Source: an uncultured Dehalococcoidia bacterium
Lineage (GTDB): Bacteria; Chloroflexota; Dehalococcoidia; Lucifugimonadales; UBA3495
Assembly: GCA_950072105.1 (NCBI GenBank)
Contig: CATMOE010000001.1
Location: 64,001-128,000, forward strand
Reading direction: 5' to 3'
DNA: 64,000 nucleotides
In this document: piece after piece, positions 10,301 through 18,790 of the stretch
Position numbering within the stretch: the stretch's first letter is position 1
Layout: each line of letters opens with the position of its first letter
Made by a program: the position numbers and the translations under genes
Notes under the pieces: generated by a model
The model's input: only the letters and a program-made list of their open reading frames with translations
Databases searched by the model: none
Told to the model about the DNA's origin: nothing

Positions 10301-11714
10301 ACAAGAGGAAGCGATCCTCGATCTAGTCCGTGGCTGGGCCGAGGCTTTGGGTCCGTTCACCGCCGAAGAAATGCGCGAGACCTTAGGGATGTCTCTTTCC
10401 GCAGTGAACATAGCTCTGGCCCAGATGGAGAACGAAGGCGTAGTGCTTCGAGGTAGTTTCCGGCCCGGCGTGACTCAAGAGGAATTTTGCGACCGGCGCA
10501 TCTTGGCCAGGATTCATCGTTCGACCATCAACGGCCTGCGCCGGGAGATTGAGCCGGTCTCCCAATCCAACTTCTTGCGTTTCCTGTTTCGATGGCAGCA
10601 CGTCGGCCAAAGCTCCCAAGTCAGCGGCGAGGGCGGTTTGCTCGACGTGATCGAGATGCTCCAAGGATTCGAAGCAGCGGCGGGCGCCATCGAACCCGAA
10701 CTACTTTCTTGCCGGGTCATGGAATACCAACCCTTCTTGCTGGACCGCCTGTGCGTCGGTGGGGAAGTCGTCTGGGGACGTCTATCCCGCAACTCGGGGA
10801 AAAGCAAATCCAACGGCAACGGAGAGTCCCATCGTTCGACACCCTTGACCCGGGCCACTCCCATAACGCTGGCCCTTCGCGAGTCCTTGGATTGGCTACT
10901 AGACCCACTCCCTCAGAACGGCTCCGGACATCCCGGAGCGGCTGCGGAAGTGCTAGACGTTCTGTCTAGAAAGGGAGCTTGTTTTATTTCCGACATCGTC
11001 GCCACAACCCGCCGTCTACCTTCGGACGTGGAGGAGACCCTGTGGCTTTTGGCCGCCGATGGCCGGGTCACTTCCGATAGCTTGGAAGGTCTCAGGATGC
11101 GGATCAACGGCACGCCAAACCGGAGCCGCCGCGATCCAAGAAGAAAACGCGCCCGGCCCTACCGCCGGGGTGGCTTCAGCCGATGGTCCCGATTGGAACC
11201 GGTAGACCCGGAACCGGAGACCGCCGAATCCAAGGCTCACCAACTCCTGCTGCGGTATGGAGTGGTGTTCCCGGAACTTCTGGCCCGGGAACCCATGGCC
11301 CCCAGTTGGCGAGAATTGGTTCGGACCTATCGACGTTTGGAAGCCCGGGGCGAGATCAGAGGAGGCCGGTTTGTGGCTGGGTTTGTGGGAGAGCAGTTCG
11401 CCATGCCTGAAGCGGTGGAATCCCTTCGGGCGGTCAACAAAGACCAGTCCAGAGGGCACATGGAGGTGGTTTCCGCCTGCGACCCCTTAAACCTGGTGGG
11501 CATCCTGACTCCGGGTGAGAGAGTGCCCGCGATTCTGGGGAACAAGGCCGTGTTCAGAGACGGCGTACCGGTAGCGTCCCTGGAGAATGGGAAAGTGGTC
11601 GACCGTTCCGGGGCGGATCAAGCTGTTTTGGCCCAGGCTTATGCCCTGTTGCGGCGTTCACCGGTGGAAACCCAGACGGAGCCGTACCGCCGGGTAGCCG
11701 CCAGGGCTATCTAG
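7362..11714 (+). CDS. lhr: Lhr family ATP-dependent helicase (long form with C-terminal winged-helix/glycosylase-like region)
   Basis: APTGSGKT, TTPESL, DEIH, LSAT, HHGSL, QRIGRSGH; C-terminal LEARGEIRGGRFVAGFVGEQFA. Confidence 0.93.
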   Translation: MPLSQFHPIIQEWFQSRFQGPTEAQAAGWPAIAQGKHTLISAPTGSGKTLAAFLTCIDQLVRQGITEELPDATQVVYVSPLKALSNDIKKNLAVPLEEITALAEQRGTPIPEIRTGVRTGDTTASERARMAKRPPHILITTPESLYILLTSESGRRGLRSVKTLILDEIHAVADDKRGSHLSLSVERLCALAEGPVARIGLSATQRPIEEVARFLVGNPEIDAEGTPNCLIVDTGRARTVDLAIQLPQLEMGPIATHELWADTLDAITRLVEEHKTTLVFVNTRRLVERVSHQLSERMGDDAVVAHHGSLSRATRLAAEEKLKYGQVKVCVATASLELGIDIGDVELVCQIGSPRSIGLLLQRIGRSGHTVGGTPKGRLFPLTRDELVECAALARGIAQGNLDALKIPPWPLDILGQQMVAACAAEDWGEDALFELCRKAYPYRDLPREKFDDVVDILSQGFAPRQGRNGALLHRNGVNHLLKGRRGARITALTSGGAIPDNADYDVIAEPEETFVGTVNEDFAIESVAGDIFLLGNTPWKIRRVERGRVRVEDAQGQSPTIPFWLGEAPSRTWELSEEVSYLREGVDQRLEHPPEAEEWLMEGSKISQEAARQIVAYIVEGKKVLGIVPTANRIVAERFFDESGGMQLVIHAPLGAAINRAWGMALRKRICRTFDFELQASATDDGLNFSLGPSMSFPVTDVFSYLTSKTVEDVLLQAVLQAPLFGTRFRWNATRFLALLRHMGGRRVPAPIQRMRSDDLLAGVFPAQVACQDNAMPGDIEPPDHPLVFETIRDCLTEAMDIEGHKGVLARIENGEIEIYGRETVQPSVFAHQILNAMPYAFLDDAPLEERRARAVSLRRALPDDSRDLASLDPAAIQKESDNAWPRIRDADELHDALLSLGILPEKIALKNGRDTGSQEITQWFQDLASVGRAYRLIRDDNGAVWVATEKLAAYAAAFPDSELTAQLPISVEPHAESSQEEAILDLVRGWAEALGPFTAEEMRETLGMSLSAVNIALAQMENEGVVLRGSFRPGVTQEEFCDRRILARIHRSTINGLRREIEPVSQSNFLRFLFRWQHVGQSSQVSGEGGLLDVIEMLQGFEAAAGAIEPELLSCRVMEYQPFLLDRLCVGGEVVWGRLSRNSGKSKSNGNGESHRSTPLTRATPITLALRESLDWLLDPLPQNGSGHPGAAAEVLDVLSRKGACFISDIVATTRRLPSDVEETLWLLAADGRVTSDSLEGLRMRINGTPNRSRRDPRRKRARPYRRGGFSRWSRLEPVDPEPETAESKAHQLLLRYGVVFPELLAREPMAPSWRELVRTYRRLEARGEIRGGRFVAGFVGEQFAMPEAVESLRAVNKDQSRGHMEVVSACDPLNLVGILTPGERVPAILGNKAVFRDGVPVASLENGKVVDRSGADQAVLAQAYALLRRSPVETQTEPYRRVAARAI

Positions 11715-11741
11715 CACCTCGTTCCTGGCAAATAGCCGCCG

Positions 11742-12719
11742 CTAACAGTTGCCGCCCCTAATGGTCTCGTCGCGGCGTCTGGCATGGATGTCCTCCGGGG
11801 TGATTACCCCGTCCGCCTGGTCAACCCGCCACACCCTGTATTGAATCTCGTCATCATCCTTCACCACGTACCGGTCCGATACCGGGTCCAGCACCGCCTT
11901 AAAATCGTTCAATTCGGCACTGGGGAAGCACTTAACCAAGTAAGACCAAAGGGTGGCCACTGCGTCAGTAGTACTGGGAACGATGGGCGTTGCCGTGGGA
12001 ATCGGCGTCAACGTCGGCGTCGGCCTTGGCGTTCGAGTAGGCGTCGGTGGCGGCGATGCCGTTGGCGTAGGGGTTGTCGGCAACACTCCCAGTCCGGCAA
12101 CCGGGTCGCATCCGGTTTCCACGTAGGGTTGCCATTTGCGGGCGGTCACGTCATGGGGGAACAACTTACCGGTGGCTGATTCTATTCGCCAGATGCCGAA
12201 GAAAAACTTCTTCGCGTCCGGCGCTTGCACATACCAGTCATTTTCAACTTCATAAGCCGCCAGTTGAGACGGGTTAAACGGGGTACACCGGCTCAGGTAG
12301 ACCCAGGCCACGTTGCGCGCTTCCAACTCGGATTGCACCGCCCCGCCTGCCGGCGGCAGGGCCAACTGAGATGGCGCCCTGGCAACGGTCGGCCTGATCG
12401 TGGCCGCGGGCGCCACTGTAGCTGGGATGGTAAATGCCGCTACCGGCGGTCGGAGTCTAGGTCTTGAGGTTGGCGTTGGGATGGGGACATCGGTGGGAGT
12501 TGGGTCGAGAATGACAGCAACCCCCGGAGTGATGGTGGGCAAACGCGTTGGCGTGGGGCTCTCACCGCAGGCCAAAGGCAGCAAAAAACCTAGGGGCGCC
12601 AGAAGGAAAAGCTTACCCACTTCCTCGCCGCTTTTCGAAGTAACTCGTCGATGTAACACCGCGATGTTACGCCTAAAAGTCCGTCCGGGCTCCCACTCTA
12701 ACCGATATGGGAAAGCCAA
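11742..12719 (-). CDS. Hypothetical Pro/Thr-rich lipoprotein with a duplicated ~65-aa Cys-pair domain (true start probably GTG near 12620-12659)
   Basis: Lipobox LPLAC; PT-rich linkers; two homologous blocks W.YL..C...WR....G.+.P.D..AR.......G.C. Confidence 0.7.
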   Translation of the reverse strand: MAFPYRLEWEPGRTFRRNIAVLHRRVTSKSGEEVGKLFLLAPLGFLLPLACGESPTPTRLPTITPGVAVILDPTPTDVPIPTPTSRPRLRPPVAAFTIPATVAPAATIRPTVARAPSQLALPPAGGAVQSELEARNVAWVYLSRCTPFNPSQLAAYEVENDWYVQAPDAKKFFFGIWRIESATGKLFPHDVTARKWQPYVETGCDPVAGLGVLPTTPTPTASPPPTPTRTPRPTPTLTPIPTATPIVPSTTDAVATLWSYLVKCFPSAELNDFKAVLDPVSDRYVVKDDDEIQYRVWRVDQADGVITPEDIHARRRDETIRGGNC

Positions 12720-12826
12720 ACAAGGCGAGTGATGCGCGGTTCCGGAGCGTTACGGCAATCTTCAAGCGAAGGCCCGCAAACCTATGGTACCGACAGGCTA
12801 GGCCAGCTTAAGAGCCGGTCTATTCC

Positions 12827-13741
12827 TTAAAGCAACCCGCCGATAGTCAGCCAGTAAAAGACGATGTAAGCACCCGCGATCACCATCAACCAAGAACCGA
12901 TGGGCTGGATGTAGGGTAGGGCCTTACGCACCGATTTAACCATGGCGCCCTTGGCAAAGGCCATGCCTATGGTCAAGCCCAAGATCACCACGCCCATTCC
13001 CAAGCCGTAGAGCAGGAACTGACCCAGGGAAACCAGCAGGCTGGAAACCGCAAAGCTGGAGATCCCCACCACCGCCAAGAAGATTGGCAGAGTACAGCTT
13101 AAAGACGCGGTGCCATAGCTCAACCCAAACAGGAAGTAACCCTTAGGGCTCGCCTGGTTGGGGTCGCCGATATGCGAAGCAGCCCGGGCCGCGATACCCG
13201 AATACATCTTGCCACCGCCCACCATCCAGGACCCGGTGATCGCCAGGGCGATGCCGATGGCCAGGCCCAGCCAGGGCAGGATCCCGACCACAACTGTGCG
13301 GGCGCCCAGGTTGATGAGGGTGCCGGTAGTTCCAAATAGTACGATAAACCCGGCGGTGACGGACCCTCCCACCAGCAGCGCCTTGCCCAGACGGCGGCCT
13401 GTTTTCATTGTCACGTCGCCTTGCTCTCCGTCGCCCAGGTATAGGCCCAGGTAGGCCGGAAGCATGGCAAAACCACAGGGATTAACCGCCGAGGCCATCC
13501 CAGCGGCGAACGCGAATCCCAGGGGCGCAAGGAGCCCCAGATCGCCCAATATGGAACTAGAGCCGCCGGAAAGAGACTCGACGAATCCGTTGACACCGTC
13601 GATGCCGCTGTCTTTTCCGATGATGAGAGCTCCCACATACGCAACAGCCAAGGCAACGGCGGCAATCAAGCCTGGCAATAGCAGGCTTCGCAGCACCTGG
13701 ATATGGTTCGTGGACGTAGACATGTCAGTTGACGAGGCCAT
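12827..13741 (-). CDS. ccdA: Cytochrome c biogenesis CcdA/DsbD-like membrane protein
   Basis: NPCGFAMLPAYL and SLSCTLPIF conserved Cys motifs; multiple TM helices; GGAG RBS before ATG 13741. Confidence 0.85.
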   Translation of the reverse strand: MASSTDMSTSTNHIQVLRSLLLPGLIAAVALAVAYVGALIIGKDSGIDGVNGFVESLSGGSSSILGDLGLLAPLGFAFAAGMASAVNPCGFAMLPAYLGLYLGDGEQGDVTMKTGRRLGKALLVGGSVTAGFIVLFGTTGTLINLGARTVVVGILPWLGLAIGIALAITGSWMVGGGKMYSGIAARAASHIGDPNQASPKGYFLFGLSYGTASLSCTLPIFLAVVGISSFAVSSLLVSLGQFLLYGLGMGVVILGLTIGMAFAKGAMVKSVRKALPYIQPIGSWLMVIAGAYIVFYWLTIGGLL

Positions 13742-13814
13742 TGAGTTTTCTCCCAAATACAAGCAGTTGGCTTTGATGGTTTTTTTATCGGCGTCCGACT
13801 AAAGAATCGTAAAG

Positions 13815-14408
13815 CTAATAATTCAAGGCGGCCGACTCCAGTTCCAACATTTCGTTCGTGACCTTGGTCAACACTTCATTGTTCAGGACCCCGCCCCAAT
13901 GGCGAAATGTTTTACCTTTAGAGTCGATGAAAACCGTAGTCGGCATTCCCAGAATCTTGTAATCGCGCATGACACCGGCGTCGTTGGTGAAACCGGCAGG
14001 GTAAGTTACATTCAATTCTTCAAGTAACGCTTTTGCGGATTCCTGGTTCCCCAGTCCGGAAAATTGCCCCACGTCGATACCCAGCAGATTCACGCGGTCT
14101 TTGTTTTCTTCGTAGAATTCCTGGAGGTCGGGCATCTCGGCGCGGCATGGGGGACAGAGTCCGGCCCAGAAATTGAGCACCAATGGCTTGCCCTGGAGGC
14201 TGCTGACCGTGAGGTTACCTTCACCCAGCACGTCGGCTCCTTGATAAAGAATGAACGACAGATCTTGCGCTAACTTTTCGCTGGCCGGATTGCCGCCGCT
14301 GGAAACTCCAGGGTCCGCTGCACCGCTACAGGCGGCCAGCAGTACCGCCAATACGGTTGCCGCGGTGACCCACCGGCTGCGCCAAGCATTTCGAATCATG
14401 TTCCGCAT
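13815..14408 (-). CDS. TlpA/ResA-family thiol-disulfide reductase lipoprotein
   Basis: Lipobox LAAC; VLNFWAGLCPPCRAEMP; cis-Pro motif GMPTTVFID. Confidence 0.88.
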   Translation of the reverse strand: MRNMIRNAWRSRWVTAATVLAVLLAACSGAADPGVSSGGNPASEKLAQDLSFILYQGADVLGEGNLTVSSLQGKPLVLNFWAGLCPPCRAEMPDLQEFYEENKDRVNLLGIDVGQFSGLGNQESAKALLEELNVTYPAGFTNDAGVMRDYKILGMPTTVFIDSKGKTFRHWGGVLNNEVLTKVTNEMLELESAALNY

Positions 14409-14780
14409 GTTAAATCTCCAAGTGCCAGGCTGGGCCGGCACATCGATATTCTGTCTAAGCGGCTTAAAGCTGATACATCCCATGCTAACACGAGGCCAAT
14501 CCTAGCTTCCAAGACGACCGCCGTAGATCAAAGCACAGGACCCGGGCCACGGGACCATCCTTGAGCATCAACCACTTCATAATCACAGTATTTACGTTTC
14601 CACCGGTCTAAAGGATGTCCACCAACCACCGTTCGGTATTTCGCTCGTTGGCGGGAATCTGCCGCATCAGGTTCGTTACCGCTTCAGGGTGCTCTCCCCT
14701 GCAATCATTGGATGCCCTCCGCCGGAAGGAGATTCTATCGGACTGGAATGGGACTTCGCCGGCCGGGCGGAAAGTGGCAT

Positions 14781-14810
14781 AAAAAAGGGGAGGGCATAAG
14801 CCCTCCCCTT
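14781..14810 (-). terminator. Rho-independent terminator of the Mo-subunit gene
   Basis: Minus strand AAGGGGAGGGC-TTAT-GCCCTCCCC-TTTTTT, about 17 nt after the stop at 14828. Confidence 0.8.
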
Positions 14811-14827
14811 AGTAGGCGATGGAGACG

Positions 14828-17134
14828 CTACTTTTTGTCCCAGAGGGCTTCCAGGATATTCCCGGGCGACATGGGAAGTTTGCCCATGCGAACGCCCACG
14901 GCGTTGTGGATGGCGTTGGCGATGGCCGCCATGGGCGGTACGATGCATACCTCGCCCACCCCTCTCACCCCGTAGGGATGGGTGGGGTTGGCCACTTCCA
15001 CAATCACCGTGTCGATCATCGGCAGGTCCAGACTGGTGGGCATGCGGTAATCCAGGAAGCTGGCATTGGCCATCTGGCCCTGATCGTCAAAGAAGTACTC
15101 CTCGTTCAATGCCCAGCCGATCCCCTGGACCGCTCCCCCCTGTAACTGCCCTTCCACGTAGCTGGGGTGGATGGCCTTTCCAACGTCCTGTAGCGCGGTG
15201 TACCGGAGGATATCCACTTTGCCGGTCTCAGGGTCTACCTCCACGTCTACGATGTGTACCGCAAAGCCAGGACCAGCGCCAGTGGGGTTTACGTTGGCGT
15301 TGCCGACAATGGGGCCCCCCGTGCCGTTCAATCGGCCGGCAAGCTGCTTAAAGGTGAATTTCAACTCGGGGTCCGACTTGTGGGCTATCACTCCACCGGT
15401 GTAGTCAACGTCGTCAACGGCAACGTCCCAGATCTTGGCGGCCCGCTCGATCATTTGCCGGCGAATGTCATGGGCCGCTTCGTAACAAGCCCAGCCGGTT
15501 TTGAAAGCGACGCCACTGCCCCCGGTCATGGAGGTAAATCCCACCGAGTCCGTGTCGCCCACCTGGGGATTCACGTCTTCGGCAGCGATGCCCAGAACTT
15601 CGGCAAGCTGCATGGCCACCGCCGTCCGGCTGCCGCCGATGTCCGGCGACCCCTCCACCAAACTAACGGTCCCGTCGGCCAGCACGCTGGCAGTGGCGCT
15701 TGACGGCCCAGTGCCGTTGAACCAGAAACCGCTGGCCACGCCCCGGCCCCGGTTGGGACCTTCCAGTTTAGTCGAATAGTGATCGTGGTCACGGGCGGCC
15801 TGGACCGTCTCCAGGTAGCCGATACGCGGGTTGATGGGACCGGTCACCCGGCGGGTCCCCTCTTTGGCCCCGTTTAGCAACCGGAAATCCAGCGGGTCCA
15901 TGCCCAGCTTCTCGCAGATCTCGTCGATGACGGTTTCCACGGCGAAGGCCGCCGCCGGCGAGCCAGGCGCCCGGTAGGCGGCGGTTTTTGGCTTGTTCAG
16001 AACTACGTCGTAACCTTCGATGCGGCCGTTGGGAATATCGTAGGAGGCCAACATGCACTGGCTGCCCGCGCTGACCGGGGAGCCGGGAAATGCGCCTGCT
16101 TCATAGGCCAAGGTGGCGTCGGCGGCGGTGATTCGCCCGTCTTTGGTCACGCCCATCTTTACCCGCATGTAGCCGCCCGACGTAGGGCCGGTCCCTTGGA
16201 ACACTTCGGACCGGTTCATGGTGACCTTAACCGGATGCCCCGTCTTTTTGGCCAGCAATGCGGTTACCGGCTCAAGATAAACCAAGGTCTTGCCCCCAAA
16301 GCCCCCGCCGATCTCCATTTGGACCACCTTGATGTTGGACACAGGGACACCCAGGATCTGGGATGTCTGGTCCCGGACGTTGAAGTGACCCTGGCTGCTG
16401 CACCAGATGGTCATCTTGCCGTCGGCGTTCCACAGAACGGTGGCGGCGTGGGGCTCGATGTAACCCTGGTGCACCGACGCGGTGCGGAATTCCCGCTCCA
16501 CCACCAGATCGGCTTCTTGGAACCCTTTGTCCAGGTCACCCAGCTCGAAGAAGAAGTGGTTGGCCACGTTAGTCGCTTTGCCGTCGTCATCCTCGGACCG
16601 TAGTCCGCCGGGACGGATATTGACGTTGGTGACGTTGGCCAGCCGCTCGTGCAGGATCGGGGCGTCGTCTTTCATCGCATCTAGTACGTCGACCACGGCA
16701 GGCAATACCTCGTAGTCCACGTCGATCAGCGCCAATGCTGCTTCGGCGATGTGGCCGGAGGTGGCCGCCAGTGCCGCCACGGCGTGACCTTTGTAGAGCG
16801 CTTTTTCGGTGGCCATGCAGTTGTTGCTGAGGAACCTGGTATTGGTCATGGCCCCCTCGCCCAGGTCCATGACCCTCCCCGCGTGGTCCGGCATGTCGGC
16901 ACCGGTCACCACCGCCATGACGCCGGGGAGCGCCAGGGCCCGGCTGGGGTCGATTCCCTTGATGCGGGCATGGGCATGTGGGCTGCGCAGTATCCGGCCG
17001 TGGAGCATCCCGGGCAGATGTATGTCGGCCCCGTATTGGGCTTGCCCAGTGACTTTTTCCGTTCCATCGTGGCGGATGGGCCTGGTGCCCACCACATTAA
17101 ATTTCTCAGTTGCTAATACTATATTCGAAGCCAT
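14828..17134 (-). CDS. Xanthine dehydrogenase/aldehyde oxidoreductase family molybdopterin-binding large subunit
   Basis: RSPHAHA, YIEPH, GGGFGGK, AYRAPG, EGQLQGGAVQGIG, GVGE motifs. Confidence 0.92.
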   Translation of the reverse strand: MASNIVLATEKFNVVGTRPIRHDGTEKVTGQAQYGADIHLPGMLHGRILRSPHAHARIKGIDPSRALALPGVMAVVTGADMPDHAGRVMDLGEGAMTNTRFLSNNCMATEKALYKGHAVAALAATSGHIAEAALALIDVDYEVLPAVVDVLDAMKDDAPILHERLANVTNVNIRPGGLRSEDDDGKATNVANHFFFELGDLDKGFQEADLVVEREFRTASVHQGYIEPHAATVLWNADGKMTIWCSSQGHFNVRDQTSQILGVPVSNIKVVQMEIGGGFGGKTLVYLEPVTALLAKKTGHPVKVTMNRSEVFQGTGPTSGGYMRVKMGVTKDGRITAADATLAYEAGAFPGSPVSAGSQCMLASYDIPNGRIEGYDVVLNKPKTAAYRAPGSPAAAFAVETVIDEICEKLGMDPLDFRLLNGAKEGTRRVTGPINPRIGYLETVQAARDHDHYSTKLEGPNRGRGVASGFWFNGTGPSSATASVLADGTVSLVEGSPDIGGSRTAVAMQLAEVLGIAAEDVNPQVGDTDSVGFTSMTGGSGVAFKTGWACYEAAHDIRRQMIERAAKIWDVAVDDVDYTGGVIAHKSDPELKFTFKQLAGRLNGTGGPIVGNANVNPTGAGPGFAVHIVDVEVDPETGKVDILRYTALQDVGKAIHPSYVEGQLQGGAVQGIGWALNEEYFFDDQGQMANASFLDYRMPTSLDLPMIDTVIVEVANPTHPYGVRGVGEVCIVPPMAAIANAIHNAVGVRMGKLPMSPGNILEALWDKK

Positions 17135-17242
17135 CGGTTTTTCCCTCCATCATCCGGTCCACTCCCGGACCGGTGACAAGATTTTACCATGCTGGGAGAA
17201 ACAGATGGGCCTTATCCTGATAAGCAGCCACGAACCGGAGCG

Positions 17243-17271
17243 TTGCCAGCCTGATATGCCAATCTTATAAT
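17243..17271 (+). promoter_or_regulatory. Sigma70-type promoter of the LLM gene
   Basis: TTGCCA-N17-TATAAT. Confidence 0.65.
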
Positions 17272-17325
17272 GGCGGCGGCTAGGCGAACGCAAGCAGTGG
17301 CCGATATTTCCCTAAGGAGTAGGAC

Positions 17326-18252
17326 ATGACAACAGAAGCCAAAATAGGATTGCTGGTACCCGGATGTTTCGCCGGTACGCCGCCATCGATGCAAGATTTT
17401 ACCCAGTTTTTCCGCCGGGCGGATGAACTGGGATTCGACTCCCTGTGGGTGATAGACCGTATTTTTCACGACATCAACATCCTGGAGCCCATGACCTTGC
17501 TAACCTGCGCCGCGGCCGTCACCAACCGGATCCGGCTGGGGACTTCGGTATTGCTATTTCTTTTCAGGAACCCGGTGCAACTGGCAAAAACCGCCGCCAC
17601 CCTTGACCACCTGTCCGGAGGCCGCCTTACTTTGGGTATTTCTTTGGGAGGAAGGGATTTCGAGTTCGGCCCTATGGGCATCGACCGGGAGCGGCGGGTC
17701 AGCCGGTTCCGAGAAAGCCTGGCGTTGATGCGCAAACTCTGGACCGAAGATAATGTTACCCACCACGGCCGGTATTACGACATGGACAACGTGACCGTAC
17801 TACCCAAACCGGTCCAAAAGCCAGGCATCCCAATCTGGTTCGGCGGCTCCGCCGAGGGTGCATTGAAACGTAGCGCCGAACTGGCTGACGGTTGGGTAGG
17901 CGGCGGCAGCGGCGACAACGACGCCTACCGCCAGACATGGCAAAAGGTGAAAGACTACGCTCAAGCGGCAGGGAAAGACCCCGATTCGCTGGACTCGGGA
18001 CGGTTGGCATACGTCTACGTTGACCAAGACCGGGAGAAATGCCGCCAGGCCCTTGTCGAATTCACTCACGCTTACTACGGCCCGCAGTACGACGTTGACA
18101 ACAATTGCGTTTTCGGTTCGGCGGAGGAATGCGCCGCCAAGATTCAAGGGTTTATCGACGCCGGGGCCAAAACCATGATCCTAGGTCCAACCTGGCCTGA
18201 CGTAGAACAGATCGAACGGATCGCCCGAGAGGTAGTGCCGCTACTTAAATAA
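17326..18252 (+). CDS. LLM-class (luciferase-like) flavin/F420-dependent oxidoreductase
   Basis: GFDSLWVID, TNRIRLGTSV, DHLSGGRLTLG, PKPVQKP motifs; AGGAG RBS. Confidence 0.9.
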   Translation: MTTEAKIGLLVPGCFAGTPPSMQDFTQFFRRADELGFDSLWVIDRIFHDINILEPMTLLTCAAAVTNRIRLGTSVLLFLFRNPVQLAKTAATLDHLSGGRLTLGISLGGRDFEFGPMGIDRERRVSRFRESLALMRKLWTEDNVTHHGRYYDMDNVTVLPKPVQKPGIPIWFGGSAEGALKRSAELADGWVGGGSGDNDAYRQTWQKVKDYAQAAGKDPDSLDSGRLAYVYVDQDREKCRQALVEFTHAYYGPQYDVDNNCVFGSAEECAAKIQGFIDAGAKTMILGPTWPDVEQIERIAREVVPLLK

Positions 18253-18350
18253 GTCGCGCCGTCCTTTCGTATTTTGACCCTCGGAATCGTTGGCCCGTTC
18301 CAGGAAACGCTCCACGGTTAATTATTACTGGCTAAGGAATAATTAAACCG

Positions 18351-18776
18351 ATGAAAGTACTGTTTGTGTGTAAGGCTAACGTTGGTAGGAGCCAAGTGGC
18401 CCAGGTTCGCTTTGAACAGCTTTCAAAGCATGAGTCTTACTGTGCCGGTATCGGTGTCGCCGAATCAGTCGCGCAACGCCCAAGCAGCAAGCTGAAAGAC
18501 ATTCGAAACCTACGCCCAGTGGAATATATCAAAACCAGGCTTGGAGTAGACCATTCGGAACGGGATAGGCTCCAGCTAACACCCGAGATGATCGACGATA
18601 TGGACCTGGCGATAATAATCCACGATAAAGCTGAGTGGCCTGATTACCTAAAAGAAGGTGCCAATGTAGTGTTCTGGGACATCCCCGACACCCCGGGCCT
18701 GGATGATGAATCCGCCGGTAAGCTCTGGGATCAGGTTCAGCTACGGGTCGAAGAATTGGTTCGGGAGATCGGCTAA
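18351..18776 (+). CDS. Low-molecular-weight phosphatase/ArsC-like protein
   Basis: P-loop VLFVCKANVGRSQ (CX5RS), QLT and WDIPD motifs. Confidence 0.75.
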   Translation: MKVLFVCKANVGRSQVAQVRFEQLSKHESYCAGIGVAESVAQRPSSKLKDIRNLRPVEYIKTRLGVDHSERDRLQLTPEMIDDMDLAIIIHDKAEWPDYLKEGANVVFWDIPDTPGLDDESAGKLWDQVQLRVEELVREIG

Positions 18777-18790
18777 ACCCTTCAAGTATT

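Noticed and set aside
14615..14782. 55-aa plus-strand ORF ending at the terminator hairpin
   Set aside because: No recognisable motif and no properly spaced SD; probably chance
14828..17134. Aerobic CO dehydrogenase CoxL
   Set aside because: Active-site loop is AYRAPG rather than AYxCSFR/AYRGAGR, and there is no coxM/coxS
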